Source: an uncultured Candidatus Rokubacteria bacterium
GTDB taxonomy: Bacteria; Methylomirabilota; Methylomirabilia; Rokubacteriales; CSP1-6
Assembly: GCA_963762145.1 (NCBI GenBank)
Contig: CAVXJS010000009.1
Location: 512,001 to 576,000, forward strand
Length of the DNA stretch: 64,000 bases
Reading direction: 5' to 3'
Of the stretch, positions 1 through 9,124 are shown one piece after another. How positions within the stretch are numbered: the first letter of the stretch is position 1; every line of letters begins with the position of its first letter. A program made the position numbers and the translations under genes. The notes beneath the pieces are model-generated. The model saw only the letters and a list, made by a program, of their open reading frames with translations, made no database searches and was not told the origin of the DNA.

Positions 1-570
1 CTCAAGGCGATCGGCCGCGACATGGAAGCCTTCGTACGCGACCGCGGCGTCCCGGTGCCCGCGCGGGCGCTCCGCTGGTCGGGCGCGGAGCTGTTCGACC
101 TGGTGCGGCGCGAGGCCGCGCACCTCGAGGCCGAGCTGCTCGCGATCCCGGTGGCCTACGAGCGGCGGGCCATGGCCGAGGCGACCCTCGTGCCCTTCGC
201 GCGCGAGGCGGTCGCCGCGATGAAGGGCCTCGGCTTCGCCACCGCCATCTGGACCAACAACGACCGGGTCGTCGCCGACTTCGTCCTCGCGCGCTTCGAG
301 CTGCTCCCGCACCTCGACCTGATCGTCACCCGCGACGAGATGCGCCGGCTCAAGCCCGATCCGGACGGGCTGCGGGTGGTGCGGGAGCGGTGGCCGGACG
401 CCGAGCGGATCGTGGTGGTGGGCGACTCGTGGGTGGACGGCGCCGCGGCCCTGGCCGGCGGGGTCCCCTTCATCGCCTACCGCCCCGACCGGGCCGAGAT
501 GGAGCAGCGCGGCGTCGTCATCGCGGCGGAGATCCACTCGCTGCTCGATCTGCCCGCGGCGCTGGCGTAG
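1..570 (+). CDS. HAD-family hydrolase (5' end before the window)
   Basis: HAD motifs II-IV: WTNN, KPDPDG, VGDSWVD; the frame is open from base 1. Confidence 0.85.
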   Translation, partial: LKAIGRDMEAFVRDRGVPVPARALRWSGAELFDLVRREAAHLEAELLAIPVAYERRAMAEATLVPFAREAVAAMKGLGFATAIWTNNDRVVADFVLARFELLPHLDLIVTRDEMRRLKPDPDGLRVVRERWPDAERIVVVGDSWVDGAAALAGGVPFIAYRPDRAEMEQRGVVIAAEIHSLLDLPAALA

Positions 571-574
571 GCCG

Positions 575-611
575 CCCCGCTCACCCTGCCCGCTCCCCTG
601 AGGAGAGAGGG
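575..611. repeat. REP-like palindromic element (degenerate copy)
   Basis: ccccgctcaccctgcccgctcccctgaggagagaggg; similar copies at 36411, 40004, 40050 and 61881. Confidence 0.75.
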
Positions 612-615
612 TGCG

Positions 616-621
616 TATAAT
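616..621 (+). promoter_or_regulatory. -10 box TATAAT, 7 nt before the rarA GTG (likely leaderless)
   Basis: tataat-tcgcggc-gtg, with no SD sequence in between. Confidence 0.55.
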
Positions 622-628
622 TCGCGGC

Positions 629-1948
629 GTGGACCTGTTCGACACGCCGCCGTCCTCCGCCGCGAAGGCGCCCGCGCCCCTCGCCGACCGCATGCGCCCG
701 GCGAGCCTCGACGAGGTGGTCGGCCAGCCGCAGCTCACCGAGCCCGGCAAGCCGTTGCGTCGCGCGCTCGAGGAGGGCCAGCTCCACTCGATGATCCTCT
801 GGGGCCCGCCCGGCACCGGCAAGACCACGCTCGCGCGGCTCCTGGCCGACGTGGCGGGTGCCCGCTTCGTGCCGTTCTCGGCGGTGGTGTCGGGGGTCAA
901 GGAGATCCGCCAGGTGATGACCGAGGCGGAGGCCGAGGGCGGCCGCCGGGGGCAGCGCACGATCCTCTTCGTGGACGAGATCCACCGCTTCAACCGCGCG
1001 CAGCAGGACGCCTTTCTGCCCTACGTCGAGAAGGGCACCATCGTGCTGATCGGCGCCACCACCGAGAACCCGTCGTTCGAGGTCAACGGGGCGCTGCTGT
1101 CTCGCTGCCGCGTGTACGTGCTCCGTCCGCTCGCCGAGGCCGACCTGGTCGCGATCCTGGAGCGCGCGCTCGCCGATGCCGAGCGCGGCCTCGGCGGGCG
1201 CGCGACCGCGGAGCCCGACGCGCTGGCCCTGATCGCGCGGCTCTCCGACGGCGACGCGCGCACCGCGCTCAACGTGCTCGAGATCGCGGCCGCCGATCCG
1301 GGCGCCCGCGTGACCGAGGCCGCGGTGCGCGACGCGGTCCAGAAGAAGACCCTGCTCTACGACAAGTCGGGCGAGCAGCACTACAACCTGATCTCCGCGC
1401 TCCACAAGTCGCTGCGCGACTCCGATCCCGACGGCGCGCTGTACTGGCTCGGCCGCATGCTCGAGGCGGGCGAGGACCCGCTCTACGTGGCGCGACGGCT
1501 GGTGCGCTTCGCCTCGGAGGACGTGGGCAACGCGGATCCGGCCGCGCTGCGCCTGACGCTCGACGCCAAGGAGGCCTACCACTTCCTCGGCACCCCGGAA
1601 GGCGAGCTGGCCCTGGCCCAGGCCACCTGCTATCTGGCGCTGGCGCCCAAGTCGAACGCGGTCTACACGGCCTGGAACGCGGTCCGCCACGACATCCAGG
1701 AGAAGCCGGCCGAGCCGGTGCCGCTGCACCTCCGGAACGCGCCGACCGGCCTCATGAGCAATCTGGGCTACGGCCGCGGCTACCAGTACGCCCACGACGC
1801 CGCCGACGCGCAGGTGAGCCAGGAGCACCTGCCCGATGCCCTGCGCGGGCGCGTCTACTACCGGCCCACCGAGCGCGGCGCGGAGAAGGAGATCGGCGAG
1901 CGGCTCACGAAGTGGCGGGCCTGGCGCGACAAGCAGAAGCGCGCGTGA
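629..1948 (+). CDS. rarA: Replication-associated recombination protein A (AAA+ ATPase)
   Basis: PLADRMRP, Walker A GPPGTGKTT, Walker B FVDEIHRF, GATTENP, MgsA C-terminus (SEDVGNADP). Confidence 0.95.
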   Translation: MDLFDTPPSSAAKAPAPLADRMRPASLDEVVGQPQLTEPGKPLRRALEEGQLHSMILWGPPGTGKTTLARLLADVAGARFVPFSAVVSGVKEIRQVMTEAEAEGGRRGQRTILFVDEIHRFNRAQQDAFLPYVEKGTIVLIGATTENPSFEVNGALLSRCRVYVLRPLAEADLVAILERALADAERGLGGRATAEPDALALIARLSDGDARTALNVLEIAAADPGARVTEAAVRDAVQKKTLLYDKSGEQHYNLISALHKSLRDSDPDGALYWLGRMLEAGEDPLYVARRLVRFASEDVGNADPAALRLTLDAKEAYHFLGTPEGELALAQATCYLALAPKSNAVYTAWNAVRHDIQEKPAEPVPLHLRNAPTGLMSNLGYGRGYQYAHDAADAQVSQEHLPDALRGRVYYRPTERGAEKEIGERLTKWRAWRDKQKRA

Positions 1949-1980
1949 CCGGAAACCCGGGGTCTGATACAACTAAATTC

Positions 1981-3099
1981 ATGGACGAAAAGCCCCGCAA
2001 GCTCCGGGTAGGGGTCGTCTTCGGCGGCCGCTCGGGCGAGCACGAGGTCTCCCTGGCCGGCGCCGCCTCGGTGATGGCTGCGATGGACCAGACCCGCTTC
2101 GAGCTGGTGCCCATCGGCATCGCCAAGGACGGCCGCTGGCTCATGGGCGGCGACCCGCTGCGCGCCCTGGCCGGCGAGGCCGCGCAGCTCGCCTTGGCCT
2201 CGGGTGATCCCGACGCCCACACCAAGCACGAGCTGCTCGAGCGCGCCGCCGCTCAGGCCACCGGCGCCTCGCTCATGCGCATGGAGACGTCCGAGGGCCT
2301 GCCGCCCGGCCTCCGCGACCGGCTGGACGTGGTGCTGGTCCTGCTCCACGGCCCGCAGGGGGAGGACGGCACCGTACAGGGGCTGCTGCAGCTCGCCGGC
2401 GTGCCGTACACCGGCGCGGGCGTGCTCGCCTCCGCGGTGGGCATGGACAAGGTCGCGATGAAGGATCTCTTCCGCGCCCACGGGCTGCCGATCGTGGAGT
2501 ACGCGGTGGTGCGACGGCACGACTGGGAGCGCGAGCCCGCGGCCATCGCGCGCGGGCTCGCCACCGAGATCGGCTTCCCGTGCTTCGTCAAGCCGGCGAA
2601 CCTGGGCTCGAGCGTCGGCATCAGCAAGGTGAAGGCCGCCGATGATCTACCCGCCGCCATCGACCTGGCCGCGACCCACGACCGCCGCATCATCGTCGAG
2701 CGCGCGATCCAGGCGCGCGAGGTGGAGGTTGCGGTGCTCGGCAACGACGAGCCGCGCGTCTCCGTCCCCGGCGAGGTCTGCTTCGCCGGCGAGTGGTACG
2801 ACTACGACACCAAGTACGGCGCGGGGCAGACCACGTTCAAGGTGCCGGCGCCGCTCGCCCCCGAGGTCACGGAGGAGATCCGCTCGCTGGCCCTGCGCGC
2901 CTTCCGCGCCACCGACTGCGCGGGCATGGCGCGCGTGGACTTCTTCGTCGAGGGCGATCGGCGCGTGCTCGTGAACGAGATCAACACGATCCCCGGCTTC
3001 ACCGCCTCCAGCGCCTACCCGCGCCTCTGGGAAGCCTCGGGCGTCCCGTACCCCGAGCTGATCGCCCGCCTCATCGACCTCGCGCTCGAGCGCCGGTGA
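1981..3099 (+). CDS. ddl: D-alanine--D-alanine ligase
   Basis: FGGRSGEHEVS, LHGPQGEDG, KPANLGSSVG, YDYDTKY, NEINTIPG. Confidence 0.96.
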   Translation: MDEKPRKLRVGVVFGGRSGEHEVSLAGAASVMAAMDQTRFELVPIGIAKDGRWLMGGDPLRALAGEAAQLALASGDPDAHTKHELLERAAAQATGASLMRMETSEGLPPGLRDRLDVVLVLLHGPQGEDGTVQGLLQLAGVPYTGAGVLASAVGMDKVAMKDLFRAHGLPIVEYAVVRRHDWEREPAAIARGLATEIGFPCFVKPANLGSSVGISKVKAADDLPAAIDLAATHDRRIIVERAIQAREVEVAVLGNDEPRVSVPGEVCFAGEWYDYDTKYGAGQTTFKVPAPLAPEVTEEIRSLALRAFRATDCAGMARVDFFVEGDRRVLVNEINTIPGFTASSAYPRLWEASGVPYPELIARLIDLALERR

Positions 3100-3164
3100 C
3101 GGGGCGCGGGGTGGGCGGGCGCTCGGGCCTGCTTTCCACCGTTTGCTTCTTTAAGCTCTTCATA

Positions 3165-3191
3165 TGCGGGGGCCCAGAAATGGCCCCCGCA
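3165..3191. repeat. Short palindrome/hairpin
   Basis: TGCGGGGGCC-cagaaat-GGCCCCCGCA, a perfect 10-bp stem. Confidence 0.7.
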
Positions 3192-3208
3192 CTCCCCCAG
3201 TCCGCAGT

Positions 3209-3346
3209 CAACCGTCCCGGAGCCGCGGACAACCGTCCCGGAGCCGCGGACAACCCGCTCGGAGCCGCCGACAAGCCTCCCGGAGCCGCGGACAACCGTC
3301 CCGGGGCCGCGGACAACCCGCTCGGCGCCGCCGACAACCCGCGCGC
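3209..3346. repeat. 21-bp tandem repeat, about 6.5 copies (consensus CAACCGTCCCGGAGCCGCGGA)
   Basis: Contiguous units start at 3209, 3230, 3251, 3272, 3293, 3314 and 3335 (partial) and end at the murG ATG. Confidence 0.9.
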
Positions 3347-4462
3347 ATGCGCGTAGTCATCGCGGGCGGCGGCACCGGCGGCCACACGAGCCCCGGCCTT
3401 GCGGTGGCGGCGCGCCTCCGCGAGTCGGGCGTGGACGTGCACTGGATTGGCAGCCGGTCCGGCATCGAGGCCCGGCGCGTACCCGAGGCCGGGATCGCCT
3501 TCCACACGATCCCGGTGGGCAAGCTCCGCCGCTACTGGGACTGGCAGAACGTACCCGACCTCGCGGTGCGGGCGCCGGCCGGACTGGCGCAATCCTGGCG
3601 GCTGCTCCGCCGGCTGCGGCCGGCGCTGCTCCTCGCCACCGGCGGCTTCGTCGCGCTGCCGCCGGCGCTCGCCGCGCGGACCCTGGGCATCCCCCTGGTC
3701 GTCCACGAGCAGACCAGCGTGCCCGGGCTCGCCAACCGCGTGGCCGGCCGCTTCGCCCGGCGCATCGCGCTCACGTTTCCGCTCACCGGCCCCGAGTTCC
3801 CGAAGGAGCGCACCGTGCTCACCGGCAACCCGCTCCGGCAAGAGCTCCGGGGCGGAGCCGCCGCGGAGGCCCACCGCCGCTTCAGCCTGGACGCCTCGCG
3901 TCCGATCGTGTACGTGACGGGCGGCGCGCTGGGCGCGCACCGGATCAACCGGGACGTCGGCGCGGCGCTGCCTCGCCTGCTCGAGGTCTGCCAGGTGATC
4001 CACCAGTGCGGCGACAACGCCAAGAGCGGCGATCGGGCCTGGCTCGCCGAGCGCGCCCAGGCGCTGCCGGAGTCGCTCCGCCGCCGCTACGCCCTGACCG
4101 CCTACGTCGGCGCCGAGCTGCGTGACGTCTACGCGGCGGCCGCGCTCGTCGTGGGGCGGAGCGGCGCGGGAACGGTCAACGAGTGCTGCCAGCTCGGCCT
4201 GGGCGCCCTCTACGTCCCGCTGCCCGGCACCAGCGGAGACGAGCAGACGGCCAACGCACGCCTCGTGGAGGCCGCGGGAGGTGCCGTGGTATTCCCGCAG
4301 GTCTCGCTCACGCCTGACGGGCTCGTAGAGGCCGTGACGCGCCTCCTGGCGGACCGCACGGCCCTCGCGGCGATGGGCGAGCGGGCCCGGAGCCTCGCCG
4401 TGCCCGACGCGGCCGATCGCATCGCGCGGGTGCTGTTCGAGGTGGCGGGCGCGGCCGGGTGA
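3347..4462 (+). CDS. murG: Undecaprenyldiphospho-muramoylpentapeptide beta-N-acetylglucosaminyltransferase
   Basis: AGGGTGGH, HEQ..PGLANR, TGNPLR, GRSGAGT, EQTANA. Confidence 0.93.
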   Translation: MRVVIAGGGTGGHTSPGLAVAARLRESGVDVHWIGSRSGIEARRVPEAGIAFHTIPVGKLRRYWDWQNVPDLAVRAPAGLAQSWRLLRRLRPALLLATGGFVALPPALAARTLGIPLVVHEQTSVPGLANRVAGRFARRIALTFPLTGPEFPKERTVLTGNPLRQELRGGAAAEAHRRFSLDASRPIVYVTGGALGAHRINRDVGAALPRLLEVCQVIHQCGDNAKSGDRAWLAERAQALPESLRRRYALTAYVGAELRDVYAAAALVVGRSGAGTVNECCQLGLGALYVPLPGTSGDEQTANARLVEAAGGAVVFPQVSLTPDGLVEAVTRLLADRTALAAMGERARSLAVPDAADRIARVLFEVAGAAG

Positions 4463-4469
4463 TCGGGGC

Positions 4470-5405
4470 ATGATCGCCTGGCTGGTGCTGCTGCAGGCCT
4501 CGCTCACCATCGCGGTGGCCGGGCCGCCCACCTCACCGGAGTACCTGCCGCTGCACGTGGCCCAGGCCGAAGGCCTCTTCGCCGCCCGGCAGATCTCGGT
4601 GACGCTCCGGTCCACGCGCTCGGACGTCGCCGCGGCCGAGCTGCTGGCCGGCGGGCAGGCGCAGCTGGCGGCCACCTCGCTCGACACCGCGCTGCGGATC
4701 GGCGGGGCCGCGGGCGTGCCGCCGCGGCTCGTCTGGGCCCTCACCGCCGCGCCGCCGGTCGCGCTGCTCGCCGCGCCCGGCCGCGCCGACACCATCCGAT
4801 CGGTGGCCGATCTGGCCGGCCAGACCGTCGCGGTCCCGGCACCCGGCAGCGCGGAGGACATGGCGCTCGGGCTGCTGCTCGCCCGGGCGGGCGTGCCGCT
4901 GCACCTTCTCAAGATCCTGAGCCAGGGAGAGCGCGGCGTCGTGCGGGCGCTCGAGGGCGGCGAGGTGGCGGCCGGCGTGCTCGGAGAGCCGTACGTGAGC
5001 CGGCTGGTCGAGAGCGGCAAGGCGGTGATCGTGGTGGACCTGCGCACCGCCAAGGGTGCGGCGGACGCGCTCGGGGGCCCCACCGTGGGCGCGGGACTCT
5101 TCGCGAAGGCCGGCGCCGAGCCGCCCGCGGCGACGATCCATGCCTTGCGGGCCGCGCTGCAGGCCGCGGTGGCCCGAACGATCTCGGCCGAGCCGGCCGC
5201 GCTCGCGGCTCGGCTTCCGTCGTCGGTCGTCGGGTCGCCGGCCGATTTCGCGCTGCGCCTTCAGGGCGCCCGTGACCTCTTCCTGGCCGACGGCCGGGTC
5301 ACGGTGGAGACGCTCGAGCACAGCCTCGAGCTGATCCGGACTCGCGCGCCGCTTCCCGTGAAGGTGAAGCTGCCCCGGCGGACCGAGCAGCTCCTCGTCG
5401 AGTAG
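4470..5405 (+). CDS. Orphan ABC substrate-binding protein, NMT1/THI5/SsuA-like
   Basis: YLPLHVAQAEGLF, IRSVADLAGQTVAV..PGS, EPY; no adjacent permease. Confidence 0.7.
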   Translation: MIAWLVLLQASLTIAVAGPPTSPEYLPLHVAQAEGLFAARQISVTLRSTRSDVAAAELLAGGQAQLAATSLDTALRIGGAAGVPPRLVWALTAAPPVALLAAPGRADTIRSVADLAGQTVAVPAPGSAEDMALGLLLARAGVPLHLLKILSQGERGVVRALEGGEVAAGVLGEPYVSRLVESGKAVIVVDLRTAKGAADALGGPTVGAGLFAKAGAEPPAATIHALRAALQAAVARTISAEPAALAARLPSSVVGSPADFALRLQGARDLFLADGRVTVETLEHSLELIRTRAPLPVKVKLPRRTEQLLVE

Positions 5406-5406
5406 G

Positions 5407-6003
5407 CTAGAGCAGGCCGCGACGCGACAGCAGCCCGCGAGTCGTGGTGAGCGGCAGCCCGATCACGTTGGTGAGGCAGCCGTCCACCGCCGCCACCAGC
5501 CGGCCGCCCAGCCCCTGCACCGCGTAGCCCCCCGCCTTGTCGAGCGGCTCGCCGGTGGCGACGTAGGCCTCGATATCGCCCTCGCCGTACTCGGCCATGC
5601 GCACCCGGCTCGTCACCGCCGCCGTCTCCTGACAAGGCGTTGTCCCAGCCGGTCCCACATCCACTATTGCCAGGCCTGTTATTACCTCATGCTCGCGGCC
5701 GCGAAGCTCGCGGAGCATCCGGGCCGCGTCGGCCGGATCCCGTGGCTTGCCGAGCAGCCGGCCGTCCAGGACGACCTCGGTGTCGGCCCCGAGCACCACC
5801 GCCGGCCCCCGCGCGAGGTCGAGGTCGCCGGCCACGGCCAGGGCCTTGGCGAGCGCGACGGCGGCGATGGCCTGGGCGGGCGGCCCGGACGGGTGCTCTT
5901 CGGGGATGTGGCTGGCCAGCACCTCGAACGGGACGCCCAGACGGCCCAGCAGCTCCCGGCGGCGCGGGGAGGCCGAGGCGAGGATGAGGCGGGGAGTGCT
6001 CAG
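5407..6003 (-). CDS. maf: Maf family nucleotide pyrophosphatase (probable CTG start overlapping the speE stop)
   Basis: LILASASPRRRELL, GADTEV, LGKP, EPLDKAGGYAVQG, NVIGLP. Confidence 0.9.
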   Translation of the reverse strand: MSTPRLILASASPRRRELLGRLGVPFEVLASHIPEEHPSGPPAQAIAAVALAKALAVAGDLDLARGPAVVLGADTEVVLDGRLLGKPRDPADAARMLRELRGREHEVITGLAIVDVGPAGTTPCQETAAVTSRVRMAEYGEGDIEAYVATGEPLDKAGGYAVQGLGGRLVAAVDGCLTNVIGLPLTTTRGLLSRRGLL

Positions 6004-6917
6004 GTAACGATCAGGGGATTCTTGTCGGTGATGACGCGGTCGTTCTTCTCGATCGACTCGCGGAGGAACTTGGGCAGGCTGAAGCAGTGCAGGTGCGCGT
6101 TGCCGTCCCAGTAGCCGAGGTCCTTGGGGTTCAGGCGCTCGGCGATGAGGCGATCGATCTCGGCCGGAGACTGCTTCCGGGGATCGGTGCCCTTCGAGGC
6201 CAGGATGAAGCCCCACGGCGTCCCGAAGCAGGAGATGAAGCTCTGGTACGGGGCGACCACCGGGAAGACTTCCTGGAGCGTGCGGTTCACCGCCCCGTGG
6301 AAGAAGATCTCGTTCACCTTGGTCATGCCCGCCTGCATGGTCATGACCCCCTGGTCGGTCAGCCGGTCGCGGATCAGGGTGTAGAACTCCTTGGTGAAGA
6401 GCAGACAGGCCGGCCCTTCCTCCAGGGGCTCCACGAGATCGACGACGATCAGGTCGAAGCGGTCGGTGGTCTTCTCCAGATAGGCCCGGGCGTCCTCGTG
6501 GAGGACCCGGGTCCGGGGGTCGTCGAAGGCGCCCCGGTGCATCTCGGGCAGGTGCTTCTTGCACTCCTCGACCACCTCGCCGTCGATGTCCACCATGAGG
6601 CAGTCGGTGATCGTCTTGTACCGCAGGATCTCCCGGACCGTGGCGCCTTCACCCCCGCCGATGACCATGGCTTTCTGGGGCCGGGGGTGGGCCAGCATGC
6701 CGGGCTGCACCAGCGTCTCGTGGTAGATGAACTCGTCGGCCTGGCTCGACTGGATCCGCCCATCCAGCACGAGACACTTGCCGTACGAGTGGGTGTCCAT
6801 GATCTCCATGAACTGGAACTTGGTCTGGCGGGTGACGATGGTCCGGGCGATGGCGTGCATGTGGCCTTCGACCGGAGTGGTGGTCTCGAAGAACCACTTG
6901 TACTGAAGCGTGGCCAT
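6000..6917 (-). CDS. speE: Polyamine aminopropyltransferase (Thermus-like spermidine synthase family)
   Basis: LVLDGRIQS, DEFIYHETLV, IGGGEGATVRE, VDIDGEVV, EDARAYL. Confidence 0.93.
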   Translation of the reverse strand: MATLQYKWFFETTTPVEGHMHAIARTIVTRQTKFQFMEIMDTHSYGKCLVLDGRIQSSQADEFIYHETLVQPGMLAHPRPQKAMVIGGGEGATVREILRYKTITDCLMVDIDGEVVEECKKHLPEMHRGAFDDPRTRVLHEDARAYLEKTTDRFDLIVVDLVEPLEEGPACLLFTKEFYTLIRDRLTDQGVMTMQAGMTKVNEIFFHGAVNRTLQEVFPVVAPYQSFISCFGTPWGFILASKGTDPRKQSPAEIDRLIAERLNPKDLGYWDGNAHLHCFSLPKFLRESIEKNDRVITDKNPLIVT

Positions 6918-6927
6918 GCCGACCCGA

Positions 6928-7338
6928 TCAGCTCGGGGTGGAGGCGACGGGCGCCTCGGCCGGCTTGTGCAGAAGCTTCCGGGGATGGTTCAGGAAGATG
7001 CCGCGCTGGAGCTCCACCACGGAAGCCCGGGCGGCCCCGAGCTGCTCCACGAGGTAGTCCGCGGCCACCTGGGGCTGGAGGACGTCGCCGCAGGAGAAGA
7101 CGTCGACGGCGGCGTAGCGATACTCCGGCCACGTGTGAATCGCCAGGTGCGACTCGGCGATGACGACGACTCCGCTGATGCCGAACGGGTTGAACTCGTG
7201 AAAAACGACGTCGACGATGGTGGCCTGAGCCCGCTTGGCCGCTTCCACCATGGACGCCTTCACGGTGTCCAGACTGTTGATGGCCTCTGCGTCGCAGTCG
7301 AACAGCTCGAGCAGCAGGTGACGCCCCAGTGCTTGCAC
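6928..7338 (-). CDS. speD: S-adenosylmethionine decarboxylase proenzyme (class 1B)
   Basis: LGRHLLLE, FNPFGISGVVVIAE/SHLAIHTWPE self-cleavage site, DVFSCG; GTG start with GGAGG SD. Confidence 0.93.
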   Translation of the reverse strand: MQALGRHLLLELFDCDAEAINSLDTVKASMVEAAKRAQATIVDVVFHEFNPFGISGVVVIAESHLAIHTWPEYRYAAVDVFSCGDVLQPQVAADYLVEQLGAARASVVELQRGIFLNHPRKLLHKPAEAPVASTPS

Positions 7339-7533
7339 TCTTTCCCTCCTCCCCAAGTTCTGGTCTGAATACTCCGGCGAAATTTTCTACTTGCCGGATT
7401 TTTCTGCACTGTGGGGCTATTTTTTTTCCATTGCAAGAAAAAAATGGCCGTTGAAACCGCTCCGGCGGCGTCGCGAGCGCTCGCCACACCCGCTCGACGA
7501 GCCCACCGAGCGGCGCCGAAGTCAACTTTTTGC

Positions 7534-7577
7534 TTGCGTTCGTCGGCCCAGCCGCTACGATGAGCGTGAAATTCACG
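7534..7577 (+). promoter_or_regulatory. Putative sigma70 promoter (TTGCGT-N16-TACGAT) with a palindrome at the start site
   Basis: ttgcgt 7534-7539, tacgat 7556-7561, cgtgaaattcacg 7565-7577. Confidence 0.45.
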
Positions 7578-7650
7578 ACGGGCGGCGGTGGGGCGCCGCT
7601 CGTGAGACGGCGCGGCGTTTCCGCGTAACAACGCCACGAGGAGGGAGCGA

Positions 7651-8133
7651 ATGCGCTTCGCACCGGTGACCAAGGCGGCGGGCACGGCGGGCAACGCCGA
7701 GGGCTCGACCCCGCTGAACGCCTTCGACAACGCCCTGCTGGCGGCCGGCATCGGAAACATCAACCTCATCAAGGTCTCCAGCATCCTGCCCCCGGGCGTC
7801 GAGCTCGTCGAGCTGCCACGGATCAAGCCGGGCGCGCTCGTGCCGACCGCCTACGCGGCCATGACCAGCGAGGTGCCCGGCGAGGTCGTCGCGGCCGCCG
7901 TCGGCTGGGCCCGGCCGGTGGATCCCGCCAAGAACGGGGTCATCATGGAGTTCCACGACAAGGCCACGCGCGAGGAAGCCGAGCGGATGATCGTCCAGAT
8001 GCTCGAGGAGGCCTTCCGGGTCCGGGACGAGAAGATCCGGGACATGAAGGTCTTCGCGGTCGAGCATCGGGTCGAGCGGACGGGCTGCGCGCTGGCGGCC
8101 GTCACGCTCCTCGCCGACGAAGATCTCGGCTAG
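7651..8133 (+). CDS. pdaD: Pyruvoyl-dependent arginine decarboxylase
   Basis: EGSTPLNAFDNALLAAGIGNINLIKVS/SILPP self-cleavage motif; strong SD sequence. Confidence 0.9.
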   Translation: MRFAPVTKAAGTAGNAEGSTPLNAFDNALLAAGIGNINLIKVSSILPPGVELVELPRIKPGALVPTAYAAMTSEVPGEVVAAAVGWARPVDPAKNGVIMEFHDKATREEAERMIVQMLEEAFRVRDEKIRDMKVFAVEHRVERTGCALAAVTLLADEDLG

Positions 8134-8142
8134 CGCCGGCTG

Positions 8143-9000
8143 TTGATCCCGGCCGAGCCTCGCTTCATCGCCTGCCGGGCTTCCCTCCCGGACGCCCGGG
8201 TCGTTCTCTTCGGCATCCCCTTCGAGGGGCGCATCAACCTCCGCCGGGGCGCCGACCACGGCCCCCGCGAGCTCCGGCTGGCCTCCGACTCCATCGAGAC
8301 CTACTCCCCGTTCCTGGGCCGTGACCTGGAAGATCTCGCCATCGCCGATCTGGGCGACTGCGAGCTGGGCGACGGCTCGCCGCGGGAGCAGCTCGCCCGG
8401 GCCCGGGAGGAGATCCTGGGCTTCTGGCGGCCGGGGCTCTTGCCCGTCATGCTGGGCGGCGACCACACCGCCACGCTGCCGGTGATCGAGGTCCTGGCGC
8501 CCGCCATCCCGGAGCTGCGCATCCTCCAGCTCGACGCCCACCCGGACCTCCGCGAGGAGTTCCTCGGCGAGCGTTACAACTACGCCTCGGCCATGGCCCG
8601 GGTGATGGACGTGGTGGCGCCCGAGCGCGTCTTCCAGGTGGGCATGCGCACCGGCGCCCGAGAGGAGTACCAGCGGAAAGCGCCGCACCTCTTTCCGGCC
8701 CACCGGATCCATCCGGTGGAGGCGGTGAAGAGCCTGCTTCCCGAGCTGCGGGCCCACCCGCTCTACGTGACCATCGACGTGGACGTGCTCGATCCCTCCG
8801 AGGCGCCGGGAACCGGCGCGCCCGAGCCCTGCGGCATCACCGCCTCGGAGCTGGTGGAGATCGTCCGCCTGCTCGAGCCCTGCCGGATCGTGGGCACCGA
8901 CCTGATGGAGGTCGCCCACGCGTGGGATCCGTCGGGCCGCACCGGCATCACCGCCTCGTGGATTCTCCGGGAAGCCATCCTGACGTGGTGGGGCAAGTGA
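8143..9000 (+). CDS. speB: Agmatinase / ureohydrolase
   Basis: GGDH, DAHPD, TIDVDVLDPSEAPGTG Mn-binding motifs. Confidence 0.92.
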   Translation: MIPAEPRFIACRASLPDARVVLFGIPFEGRINLRRGADHGPRELRLASDSIETYSPFLGRDLEDLAIADLGDCELGDGSPREQLARAREEILGFWRPGLLPVMLGGDHTATLPVIEVLAPAIPELRILQLDAHPDLREEFLGERYNYASAMARVMDVVAPERVFQVGMRTGAREEYQRKAPHLFPAHRIHPVEAVKSLLPELRAHPLYVTIDVDVLDPSEAPGTGAPEPCGITASELVEIVRLLEPCRIVGTDLMEVAHAWDPSGRTGITASWILREAILTWWGK

Positions 9001-9124
9001 AGCTGCAGACGGTAGGCCCGCCTGGCCAGGCCAAGGTCTCGCCTTCGGCCGCGGCCGATAGCCCCGACCGGTTACACCACGGTCAACATGGCTCAGCCAT
9101 GTTGAAGATGAAGGGAAGTCACGG

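Noticed and set aside
1981-3099. Ddl as a VanA-type D-Ala-D-Lac ligase
   Set aside because: The omega loop reads YDYDTKY with the Tyr typical of D-Ala-D-Ala ligases, and no van genes are nearby.
3209-3346. 21-bp repeats as a CRISPR array or RiPP precursor
   Set aside because: The units are contiguous with no unique spacers, and there are no cas genes or RiPP maturases nearby.
7339-7450. Riboswitch upstream of speD
   Set aside because: I recognised no SAM or other riboswitch consensus by eye; an Rfam search would be needed.
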